Shown one piece after another: positions 7,989-15,829 of a DNA stretch of 15,993 nucleotides. The notes beneath the pieces were generated by a model. That model did not search any database, was not told the origin of the DNA, and saw only the letters and a program-made list of their open reading frames with translations. The first letter of the stretch is position 1, and every line of letters starts with the position of its first letter. This DNA comes from Phycisphaerae bacterium (lineage in GTDB: Bacteria; Planctomycetota; Phycisphaerae; Tepidisphaerales; Tepidisphaeraceae): the NCBI GenBank assembly GCA_025936175.1, contig JAICTV010000121.1, positions 1 through 15,993 on the forward strand, written 5' to 3'. The position numbers and the translations under genes are program-made.

Positions 7989-10151
7989 ATGACACAACTC
8001 TTCACATCGTCTCTTCAAACGCTCGCCGTCGGCATGCCCGACAGCAGCCAGGCCTGGGTCATGATCGCGATCGTCGGCGTGATCGTCCTGATCGTGCTGC
8101 TCGTCGGCGGACGGATGACGCTCGGCGCGTGCGGCGTGCGTTACATCCCCAACGACCGCGTCGGCATCGTCGAAAAACTATGGTCCGCCAAGGGATCGCT
8201 CGCCGAAGGCCGCATCATCGCCGCCAATGGCGAAGCCGGTTACGAAGCGCGTCTGCTTCGCGGCGGCATACACTTCCGCAAGTGGAGCTGGCAATATCGG
8301 ATCCACAAGGTGCCGCTCGTGACCATCCCGCAGGGCAAGGTCGGTTACATCTACGCCCGCGACGGCGCCACGCTGCAACCGGGACAAACCCTCGGCCGCG
8401 TCGTCGAGTGCGCGAATTTTCAGGACGCGGAGAAGTTCCTCTTCGGCGACGGCAAGACGCTGCGCGGCCAGCGCGGCCGACAGCGCTCGATCCTGCGCGA
8501 AGGCGTCTACGCGATCAACCTGGCCGCGTTCGTCGTCATCACCGAGCAGCAGGTCTATCACCTGGACCTGGGCGGCAACCGCGGCGAGCTGGAAAAGCTC
8601 GTCGGTTGGCAACAGGAATTGCGCTCGTGCAACGGCTTCAGTCCGGTCGTCATCGGCGAGGAAATGTCCGCCATCGATCCGCTCAACCCGGACAAGCAGA
8701 TCGCCGTCGACTCCATCGGCATCGTCACGATCCACGACGGTCCGTCGCTCGCGCCGGGTGAAATCATCGCCCCCGCGTGCGGCAACGACCCGCAGGAGAC
8801 GAACTATCACAACAACTACCAGGACCCCGAGGCCTTCCTTGCCGCCGGCGGACGACGCGGTCGTCAGTACGTCCCGCTCACCGACGGCACCTACTTCATC
8901 AACCGCTGGTTCGCCTCGATCGAAGTGCTGCCGAAGACGATCGTCCCGATCGGCTACGTCGGCGTGGTCGTCAGCTACTACGGGCCGATGGGCAAGGATC
9001 TCTCGGGCGAAGCCTTCCGTCACGGCGAGCGCGTCGCGCGCGGCGAGCGCGGCGTGTGGGAAAAACCCCTCGGCCCCGGCAAGTACCCGTTCAATACTTA
9101 CGCCGGCGTCCTGGTGCTCGTCCCCACAACCAACTTCGTGCTGCACTGGGTCACCGGTCGCACGGAAACGCACCGCTACGACGACACGCTCAAGTCGATC
9201 GAGATGGTGACCAAGGACGCATACGAGCCGACGCTCCCGCTCAGCGTCGTCGTGCACATCGACTACATGAAGGCCCCGTCGGTCATCCAGCGCTTCGGCG
9301 ACGTGAAGAAGCTGATCACGCAGACGCTCGATCCGATGCTGTCGGCGTACTTCCGCGACGTCGCGCACAAGCGCACGATGCTCGCGCTGCTGCAGGAACG
9401 CGATTCCATCCAGCTCGAAGCGCGAAAGGAACTGCAACGCCGGTTCGAAGAGTTCGACATCCAGTGCGTCGACGTCCTGATCGGCAAGCCCGACACGCAG
9501 GAAGCCGGCGGAAAGATCGAAACGCTGCTCGAGCAGCTTCGCCAGCGGCAGCTTTCGGTCGAGCAGATTGAAACTTATCAGCGCCAGCGCGCTGCGTCGG
9601 AAGAGCAGAAGAAGCTCAACGAAGCGCAGGCGATGGCCGCCCGGCAGACGGAGTTGACCGGCTCGAAGGTGCAGATCGAGATCGCGCGTAACCAGGCGGA
9701 TGCGGACCTGGAGCGCGCCCGCAAGCAGGCGGAGCAGACGATCGTCACCGCCGAAGCCGAATCCAAGCAGCGCATGCTCGCCGGCCAGGGCGAAGCCAAG
9801 CGCATCGGCGAGATCGGTCAAGCGGAAGCGGACGTGCTGCGTCAGAAGATCGCCAGCTTCATGGATCCGAAGCTCTACGCGGTCGCGGTGCTCGCCGAGC
9901 ACCTGAGCAAAAGCAGCCAGCCGCTGGTGCCGCAGCAAGTTTTCACTGCCGGCGGCGGTGGCGGGAGCGGCGCGGGAGACTCCTCGGGCCTTGGTTTGAT
10001 GGGTACTCTGGTGAATCTGCTGATCGCCGAAAAAAGCGGATTTAAAATTCAGAGTGCCGCAGGAAACGGCAACGCCGAATTAACTCGTGCGACACCGGTC
10101 ACGCCGGACCCCGCGCTGATCGCGCCAAAGATCGAAGCGCGAAAGAGTTAG
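7989..10151 (+). CDS. Flotillin-family SPFH/band-7 membrane protein (FloT/YqiK-like), atypically long at 720 aa
   Basis: A strong Shine-Dalgarno AAGGCGGAGG (7972-7981) sits 7 nt before ATG 7989, which argues against the upstream in-frame ATG 7899. There is an N-terminal TM helix (AWVMIAIVGVIVLIVLLVGG) and SPFH-like segments (RYIPNDRVGIVEKLW...; LKSIEMVTKDAYEPTLPLSVVVHIDY). The C-terminal region is flotillin-type and EA/Q-rich (QAEQTIVTAEAESKQRMLAGQGEAKRIGEIGQAEADVLRQKIASF...LAEHLSKSSQPLVP...GGGGGSGAG...). The opposite-strand 586-aa ORF is a shadow. Confidence 0.85.
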   Translation: MTQLFTSSLQTLAVGMPDSSQAWVMIAIVGVIVLIVLLVGGRMTLGACGVRYIPNDRVGIVEKLWSAKGSLAEGRIIAANGEAGYEARLLRGGIHFRKWSWQYRIHKVPLVTIPQGKVGYIYARDGATLQPGQTLGRVVECANFQDAEKFLFGDGKTLRGQRGRQRSILREGVYAINLAAFVVITEQQVYHLDLGGNRGELEKLVGWQQELRSCNGFSPVVIGEEMSAIDPLNPDKQIAVDSIGIVTIHDGPSLAPGEIIAPACGNDPQETNYHNNYQDPEAFLAAGGRRGRQYVPLTDGTYFINRWFASIEVLPKTIVPIGYVGVVVSYYGPMGKDLSGEAFRHGERVARGERGVWEKPLGPGKYPFNTYAGVLVLVPTTNFVLHWVTGRTETHRYDDTLKSIEMVTKDAYEPTLPLSVVVHIDYMKAPSVIQRFGDVKKLITQTLDPMLSAYFRDVAHKRTMLALLQERDSIQLEARKELQRRFEEFDIQCVDVLIGKPDTQEAGGKIETLLEQLRQRQLSVEQIETYQRQRAASEEQKKLNEAQAMAARQTELTGSKVQIEIARNQADADLERARKQAEQTIVTAEAESKQRMLAGQGEAKRIGEIGQAEADVLRQKIASFMDPKLYAVAVLAEHLSKSSQPLVPQQVFTAGGGGGSGAGDSSGLGLMGTLVNLLIAEKSGFKIQSAAGNGNAELTRATPVTPDPALIAPKIEARKS

Positions 10152-10192
10152 CGAGGTGAACCGTTATATTATGTAAGACTTTGTCTGTCGCG

Positions 10193-10225
10193 AAGCCCAC
10201 GGATCTTCCTCCGTGGGCTTTTTTT
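10193..10225 (+). terminator. Strong rho-independent terminator after the flotillin gene: 11-bp stem (AAGCCCACGGA / TCCGTGGGCTT), 6-nt loop, then T7
   Basis: Stem pairs 10193-10203 with 10210-10220, loop tcttcc, T-run 10219-10225. Read directly. Confidence 0.75.
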
Positions 10226-10365
10226 CGCACCCGCTGTTGGCCAAAGTTCATTCACAATTGTTCTCGACATTTCATATTCGATTGCATACAAACTTCATCT
10301 GGAGTGGGACCTATCCGTTTTGGGCAGGGCAGCCACACACATCTCTTTTTTGTGAGGGTTCGAAC

Positions 10366-11397
10366 ATGAAGCGAGGGCTTCGTTACGTTGTGACCGCATG
10401 CGTTCTGGCCAGCGCCGGCGCGAGCGTCGCTCGTGCAGCGGTCGTGCTGTACAGCGACGACTTCAACACCGACACCAGCGCCAACTACAACAAGTTCATC
10501 ACGAACGGCGCGAACGCGCTGCCTTCGGGGGACGCGACGTTCGCCTACAACTACGGTGCCGCGCCCGGCTCGGGCGGATTGTCGATCCCGTCGGCGCCGC
10601 ACACCACCGATGCCTCAACGCTCGGCCTGCGACTCCGCACCGACAACCTGCAAAGTTCCTCGGCCACCGTCGTCGGCGCGACCGAGATCGCAACCAAGAC
10701 GCTGGGCCTCACCGCCGCCGGTCCCTGGACCGTTCAAGTAGACGTCTGGTCCAACTACATCGGCGGGACCAACATCTCCGCCAGCGGCTCCAACGGAACG
10801 ACCGGCGTCGCCGTCGGTGTCGGCACGTCCGGCACGTCCATCCAGTACGTCGCTGCCAACGACGGCCTGCTCACCGAAGCCTTCGGTGACAACGGCGGCG
10901 GCGCGAACCAGGCATATCGCCTCTATCTCGACAACACCCATCCCAATCCGACCACCGCCAATTACTGGGCCGCCGGCACCGGCACCAGCTCCGCCAGCTT
11001 CTCCGATCCGTATTACGTCAGCCGTTTCCCCTCGGTGAGCGCGCCTGCGGGACAATCGACTTTCTCGTCGACCCAGAGCGGCAGTACGGCGGCGGGCACA
11101 CAGGGATTCGCCTGGCACACGTGGACGATCGCCAATGACGGCACGAACGTCACGTGGTCGATCGATGGCAGCGCGATTACCACGTCGCCGCTTTCGGCCG
11201 TCACGTTCGGCGGCGGAAATGTCTCGCTCGGCAACGACGACACCGGCCTGACCGGAAACTCGACGGCCAACAACCAGCTCTTCAACGCCGAGATCTTCGA
11301 CAACTTTGTCGTTACCGACGCGGCGCCCGAGCCCGCGTCACTCGGATTGCTGGCCGTTGCCGCGGTCGGCCTCGTTCGCCGCCGTCGTTCGCACTGA
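10366..11397 (+). CDS. PEP-CTERM sorting-domain secreted protein (exosortase substrate), Gly/Ser/Thr/Ala/Asn-rich
   Basis: SD GAGGG sits 8 nt upstream of ATG 10366. Signal peptide MKRGLRYVVTACVLASAGASVARA. C-terminus ...DAAPEPASLGLLAVAAVGLVRRRRSH is a PEP motif plus hydrophobic helix plus Arg cluster, which is the PEP-CTERM architecture. The track start at 10213 is rejected because it lies upstream of the SD and signal peptide. Confidence 0.8.
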   Translation: MKRGLRYVVTACVLASAGASVARAAVVLYSDDFNTDTSANYNKFITNGANALPSGDATFAYNYGAAPGSGGLSIPSAPHTTDASTLGLRLRTDNLQSSSATVVGATEIATKTLGLTAAGPWTVQVDVWSNYIGGTNISASGSNGTTGVAVGVGTSGTSIQYVAANDGLLTEAFGDNGGGANQAYRLYLDNTHPNPTTANYWAAGTGTSSASFSDPYYVSRFPSVSAPAGQSTFSSTQSGSTAAGTQGFAWHTWTIANDGTNVTWSIDGSAITTSPLSAVTFGGGNVSLGNDDTGLTGNSTANNQLFNAEIFDNFVVTDAAPEPASLGLLAVAAVGLVRRRRSH

Positions 11398-11451
11398 GCG
11401 ATCGCCGAGCCACGCAGAAAATTCGCAATTGAATCGGCGGCGGGCCACGCT

Positions 11452-13590
11452 ATGTTGCCCGCCGCCGTGCCTTTGAACCCGCACCAGGAACAAATCGCCA
11501 ACCACGTCTTCGGCCGAATCCTCACCCTCGCGGGGCCGGGATCGGGAAAGACGCGCACGCTCACCGAGCGCACCGGCCGGCTGATCCGCCACGGCTTCGA
11601 GCCGGCGTCGATCCTCTGCCTCACGTTCACGAACAAGGCGCGTGACGAGATGCGGCAGCGGATCGCCGCCGTGCAGGGCAAGGCGGCAGAAAAAGTCTTC
11701 ATCTCGAACTTTCACGGCCTGTGCGGGACGCTGCTGCGGCGATTCGGCGCCGCGATCGGCTACACCGCGCGGATGACGATCTGCGACAGCGACGATCAGA
11801 TCGACCTGCTCCTCCAGATCGCCCGCCGCCGCGGGCTCGAGCCCACCAAACCGCAAGCGCGCACGCTCGCCTTCATCGCCAACGACTTTCGCGAAAACAA
11901 TTCCGATCTCGAGTCGCTCGCGGCGGATCGCAAGCTCTCGGCGGGCGAGACGAACGTCGTCCGCGCGTACTTCGAGCTGCTGCGCTCGCGCAACCAGTGC
12001 GACTTCTCCGGCATGCTCAGCGAAGCCGCCCGGCTGCTGCGCGAGTGCGATGACGTCCGCGCGAAGCTCCACAAGCGCTTCCGCTTCATTCAGGTCGACG
12101 AGTACCAGGACACCAACAAGGCACAGAACGAGATCGTCGAGCTGCTCGCCGGCAAGGAGGACAACGTGCTCGCGGTCGGCGACGGCGATCAATCGATCTA
12201 CGAGTGGCGCGGCGCCACGCCGGACGCCATCCCGCAGTTCATCGCCAACGGCCGGCGCAAGACCGGCAAGTGCGAAGTGATCAAGCTCGGGCTGAACTAT
12301 CGCTCGACGCCGCAGATCATCCGGGCGGCGGACACGCTGATCCGCCACTGCAAATCGCGCACGCCGATCGATTTCGACACGCCCAACAAGGCGGGCGAGC
12401 CGCCCAGGTGCGTCAAGTTCGAGCATCCGGAGGCCGAGGCCGAAGGCGTCGCGACCAGCATCGCGAACACGATCAAGTCCGGCACGACGGCGCGCGAGAT
12501 CGCGGTGTTCTTCCGCACCAACGACATGTCACGGCTGATGGAGCAGTCGCTGGCGAAGCGGCAAATTCCGTATCAGGTCGTCGGTGCCGGCTCATACTAC
12601 GACCGGATGGAAGTCAAAGACGTGCTGTCGATGCTGCGCTTCGTCTGCAATCCGTTCGACGGGATCTCCTTCCATCGCATTGCCAACAAACCCGCGCGCG
12701 GCATGGGCGACACGCTGATCGGCCGGCTCGAGCACTTCGCCGAGCTGCACAAGATCGACATCCTCACCGCGATGCAGGAGCGGAACCTGGAATTCGTCCG
12801 CGACGAGAACGACAAGCCGCTCTCGGACGCCGCCCTCCGCGCCTGCCGTGAGACGCGCTGCATCTTCGATTTCGACGTCGCGCGCGCCGGCGTCGCCGAC
12901 GTCGCGAGCGAGCTTCTCCGCCGCAGCCGATACGATGAGTGGCTCAAAGCCCGCTACGACGAGAAGAGCGAGTACGAGGAGCGCAGCCGCAACGTGAACG
13001 AGCTCGTGAACGCGATCGCGGAGTTCGCGCGCACGAACGGCGGTGGCGGCGCGGGCGTCGGTGGCGCCGCGGGCGTCGGCGAATATCTCGAATCGATCTC
13101 GCTCTACACCGCCGGCGACGACGCCAAAGAGGACGAGCGCAAGAACGGCGTCCGCCTGATGTCGCTGCACGCGAGCAAGGGGCTGGAGTTCGACGTGGTC
13201 TACATGATCGGCGTCGAGCACCGCATCCTGCCGCACGAGAAAGCGCTGGCCGATCGCGGCGAGCGCGGACTGGATGAAGAGCGTCGGCTGTGCTACGTCG
13301 GCTTCACGCGGGCGAAAAAGATCCTGCGGGTCACATGGTGCCAGAAGCGGCAGGACGCCTACGCGCGCGGAAAAACCCCGCGATTCAAGCCGTCGGCGCC
13401 CTCGCAGTTTCTTCTCGAAGCCGGTCTGGTCGGCACGGATGATTTCCAGAAGCTGATGCAGGGCGCCGGATACGCGCCGCAGCAGGGCGTGCCCGCCGCG
13501 AAGGCGGTCCCGCCCACGCCCAAGCCAGTGCGCCCCCGCGCGACGCTGAAGTCACGTCGATCAATTCCGCGCACGGCTGCGAAGCAGTAA
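11452..13590 (+). CDS. UvrD/PcrA/Rep-family ATP-dependent DNA helicase (SF1A)
   Basis: LNPHQEQIA...LTLAGPGSGKTRTLTERTGRLI (motif I), CLTFTNKARDEM (Ia), FRFIQVDEYQDTN (II, DEYQD), SIYEWRGA (III), C-terminal ...LMSLHASKGLEFDVVYMIGV...RRLCYVGFTRAKKIL (V/VI). 712 aa with a basic Pro-rich C-terminal tail. Confidence 0.9.
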   Translation: MLPAAVPLNPHQEQIANHVFGRILTLAGPGSGKTRTLTERTGRLIRHGFEPASILCLTFTNKARDEMRQRIAAVQGKAAEKVFISNFHGLCGTLLRRFGAAIGYTARMTICDSDDQIDLLLQIARRRGLEPTKPQARTLAFIANDFRENNSDLESLAADRKLSAGETNVVRAYFELLRSRNQCDFSGMLSEAARLLRECDDVRAKLHKRFRFIQVDEYQDTNKAQNEIVELLAGKEDNVLAVGDGDQSIYEWRGATPDAIPQFIANGRRKTGKCEVIKLGLNYRSTPQIIRAADTLIRHCKSRTPIDFDTPNKAGEPPRCVKFEHPEAEAEGVATSIANTIKSGTTAREIAVFFRTNDMSRLMEQSLAKRQIPYQVVGAGSYYDRMEVKDVLSMLRFVCNPFDGISFHRIANKPARGMGDTLIGRLEHFAELHKIDILTAMQERNLEFVRDENDKPLSDAALRACRETRCIFDFDVARAGVADVASELLRRSRYDEWLKARYDEKSEYEERSRNVNELVNAIAEFARTNGGGGAGVGGAAGVGEYLESISLYTAGDDAKEDERKNGVRLMSLHASKGLEFDVVYMIGVEHRILPHEKALADRGERGLDEERRLCYVGFTRAKKILRVTWCQKRQDAYARGKTPRFKPSAPSQFLLEAGLVGTDDFQKLMQGAGYAPQQGVPAAKAVPPTPKPVRPRATLKSRRSIPRTAAKQ

Positions 13591-13775
13591 CGCCTCCCGT
13601 CCGTCGGCCCGAGCGAATCGCAGATCGCGGTGGCGTGGACGAAAGTCGCGCACGCGCAGCCGGGTTTCAGTCCCCAACACCAACGCGGATGCGAACACGC
13701 TGGCGCGGTAGACGGGCGGCATGGAGCGGCCGCCCAACCTGGTTCACCGTGCCGGAACCGTCGGCGTCGGGCGTC

Positions 13776-13804
13776 TTGGCCATCGCCGCCGGCGCTGCTA
13801 TCAT
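13776..13804 (+). promoter_or_regulatory. Putative sigma70-like promoter for tRNA-Gly: TTGGCC -17 nt- TATCAT, ending ~24 nt upstream of the mature tRNA 5' end
   Basis: Hexamers are read from the sequence. The -10 matches TATAAT at 5/6. This is a pattern match only. Confidence 0.3.
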
Positions 13805-13828
13805 TCCCCGCCGCAGACGCGCACGCGC

Positions 13829-13901
13829 GCGGGTGTAGCTCAATTGGCAGAGCGTGGGCTTTCCAAGCCCAATGTTGAGGGTTCAACTCCCTTCACCCGC
13901 T
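13829..13901 (+). tRNA. tRNA-Gly (anticodon UCC), 73 nt, CCA not encoded
   Basis: Manual fold. Acceptor GCGGGTG/CACCCGC (7 bp). D-stem GCTC/GAGC with loop AATTGGCA. Anticodon stem TGGGC/GCCCA with loop TTTCCAA, giving anticodon TCC and A37. Variable loop ATGTT. T-stem GAGGG/CCCTT with loop TTCAACT. Discriminator U. Confidence 0.9.
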
Positions 13902-13905
13902 CATC

Positions 13906-13933
13906 GACCCGTCCACGCCGGACGGGTTTTTTT
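13906..13933 (+). terminator. Rho-independent terminator after tRNA-Gly: 7-bp stem CCCGTCC/GGACGGG, 5-nt loop, T7
   Basis: Stem pairs 13908-13914 with 13920-13926, T-run 13927-13933. It lies in the convergent gap before the minus-strand ABC permease stop (13981). Confidence 0.7.
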
Positions 13934-13980
13934 CTTGGCGGCGGCGAGCGAATTCCCGACGAGCGTCGCGCGCGGCTTCA

Positions 13981-14955
13981 CTATTTTCCCCCCGTCGTGG
14001 CGATGCCCTGGATGAAGGTCCGCTGCGTCAGGAAGAACAGCACGATCACCGGCAGGCAGACGAGCAAGGATGCGGTCATGAGCAGGTGCCACTCGGTGCC
14101 GCCGTGCTGGCTCTGGAAGGATTGCAGGCCCAGCGCGAGCGTGTACTGATCGGGAAGCTGCAGGTAGACCAGCGGCCCGAGAAAATCGTTCCACGCCGCC
14201 ATGAAAGCGAAGAGCGCGACGACCGCGAGCGCGGGACGCGCCAGCGGCAGGATGATCCGCCAGAAGATCGCGAACTCACCGCACCCGTCGATGCGCGCGG
14301 CTTCGGACAGCTCGTTGGGCAGCGTCATGAAGAACTGGCGCAGCAGGAAGATGCTGAATGCCTGCCCGAACCACGCCGGCAGCCAGAGCGGCTTGAACGT
14401 GCCGAGCATCCGCAGCGGATTGTCCCGGCCGAGCCACGCAATCGTGTGCACGTCCATCCAGCGGAAGATGCGAAACAGCGACACCATCGTCACCGGGAAC
14501 GGGATCATGATCGTCGCCAGCATGATGACGAACAGCACGCCCCGCCCGCGGAACGGAATGCGCGCGAACGCGTAGGCGGCGAGGGAACTGGAGACGACGG
14601 TGCCGGCGACGGTGAGGAACGCGACGATGAGCGTGTTGCGCGTGTAGGTCGCGAAGCGAAAGCGGCTGTGGCGAAAAACATCGAGGTAGTTCTGCGGCTG
14701 AAACGGGTGCGGGACGAAACGCGGCGGATATTCGCTGGTTCCTTCCAGCGTCTTGAGGCTCGTCGAGAGCATCCAGACGAACGGCAGCAGGAATGCAAGG
14801 CATACGCAGAGCAGGCCGACGTGGAAGAGCACCGCGTCGATCGGAATTGCCGAAGACCGCGCGCGCGGCGGCGCGGCAGGCTCCTGCCACACCGGTTTTG
14901 GCCGCGCGATCGCCGGCGGCGGCAACGCGGGCGCGAGCCTGGCCGCGTCAGGCAT
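13981..14955 (-). CDS. Carbohydrate ABC transporter permease, MalG/UgpE-like (second permease), with a ~40-aa Pro/Ala-rich N-terminal extension
   Basis: EAA-loop signature EAARIDGCGEFAIFWRIILPLARPAL, six TM segments, and the N-terminal NYLDVF motif typical of the MalG/UgpE type. The start ATG (complement 14953-14955) overlaps the upstream gene stop as ATGCCTGA, implying translational coupling. Overlapping + strand ORFs are Arg-rich shadows. Confidence 0.85.
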   Translation of the reverse strand: MPDAARLAPALPPPAIARPKPVWQEPAAPPRARSSAIPIDAVLFHVGLLCVCLAFLLPFVWMLSTSLKTLEGTSEYPPRFVPHPFQPQNYLDVFRHSRFRFATYTRNTLIVAFLTVAGTVVSSSLAAYAFARIPFRGRGVLFVIMLATIMIPFPVTMVSLFRIFRWMDVHTIAWLGRDNPLRMLGTFKPLWLPAWFGQAFSIFLLRQFFMTLPNELSEAARIDGCGEFAIFWRIILPLARPALAVVALFAFMAAWNDFLGPLVYLQLPDQYTLALGLQSFQSQHGGTEWHLLMTASLLVCLPVIVLFFLTQRTFIQGIATTGGK

Positions 14956-15829
14956 AATGCACCCACTTCCGCGCCGACCAGAACGCGACCGCCGTCAGCG
15001 CCAGCACGATCGCAAGCTGCACCCACGCCAGCGCGCTCGCATAACCCATGTGCAGGAAGTGGAACGCGGTGTCGTAGCTGTACATCGTGTAGAAGTAAGT
15101 CGCGTTGTTCGGCCCGCCGTGCGTCATGATGTACGGCACCGTCAGCACCGAAAACGTGCCGATGATCGCCATCACGAGATTGAAGAAGATGACCGGCGAG
15201 AGGACGGGGATCGTCACGTGGATGAGCCGGGCGAAGCGATCGGCGCCATCCAACTCCGCCGCCTCCAGCAGATCGCGCGGGATGTCCTGCAAGCCGGCGA
15301 GGTAGATCACGACGGTGTTGCCGACGCCCCACACGCTCATCAACGCCAGCGACGGCAGCGCCGCCCGATCGCCCAGCCAGTTGACTTCTCCGATACCGAC
15401 CGCGCGGAGCAGATGATTGAATACGCCCAGGCGGCTGTTGAACATCCACAGCCAGATCATCGCCGAGGCGGCGGCGGGAATGAGCGACGGCAGGAAGATG
15501 ATCGTGCGGTACACCGCCTGCCCGCGGATGTTCGCGTTGAGCATCAGCGCCAGGCCGAGCGAGAGGAGCATCCCGGCCGGCAGCGCCATGGCGGCGTAGG
15601 CGAGCGTCACGCGGAGCGACTGCCAGAACAGCTCGTCGTGCAGCATCTGCTGATAGTTCGCCAGGCCGATCCAGACCGGCGGACGGCTCGGCGCGGTGAG
15701 CGCGTAATCGCAGAAGCTGTAGTAGAACGAGAGCGCGATCGGGAGGGCCATGAAGACGGCAAATCCGATCAGCCACGGCGCGAGAAATGCCAGGGCGCTG
15801 CGAAGATTGCGTCGTTCCTGTCGCGTCAT
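14948..15829 (-). CDS. Carbohydrate ABC transporter permease, MalF/UgpA-like (first permease)
   Basis: 293 aa containing ...GLANYQQML..., the EAA loop LEAAELDGADRFARLIHVTIPVL, and six TM segments. The start ATG (complement 15827-15829) overlaps the stop of the upstream gene (ATGA). Confidence 0.85.
   Translation of the reverse strand: MTRQERRNLRSALAFLAPWLIGFAVFMALPIALSFYYSFCDYALTAPSRPPVWIGLANYQQMLHDELFWQSLRVTLAYAAMALPAGMLLSLGLALMLNANIRGQAVYRTIIFLPSLIPAAASAMIWLWMFNSRLGVFNHLLRAVGIGEVNWLGDRAALPSLALMSVWGVGNTVVIYLAGLQDIPRDLLEAAELDGADRFARLIHVTIPVLSPVIFFNLVMAIIGTFSVLTVPYIMTHGGPNNATYFYTMYSYDTAFHFLHMGYASALAWVQLAIVLALTAVAFWSARKWVHYA

Noticed and set aside
8178-9938. 586-aa minus-strand ORF opposite the flotillin gene
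   Set aside because: Arg/Leu/Asp-rich shadow. The + strand has SD, TM, SPFH and flotillin motifs.
10213-10365. Track start 10213 for the PEP-CTERM protein, and small ORF 10181..10369
   Set aside because: They overlap the flotillin terminator and lie upstream of the SD. The signal peptide begins at ATG 10366.
11338-13236. Minus-strand ORFs 11338..12426 and 12592..13236
   Set aside because: Shadows of the UvrD-like helicase, which has all SF1 motifs on the + strand.
13591-13828. Possible small gene or ncRNA in the 238-bp gap before tRNA-Gly
   Set aside because: There is no ORF with coding-like composition and no obvious conserved structure. It is left unannotated apart from the putative tRNA promoter.
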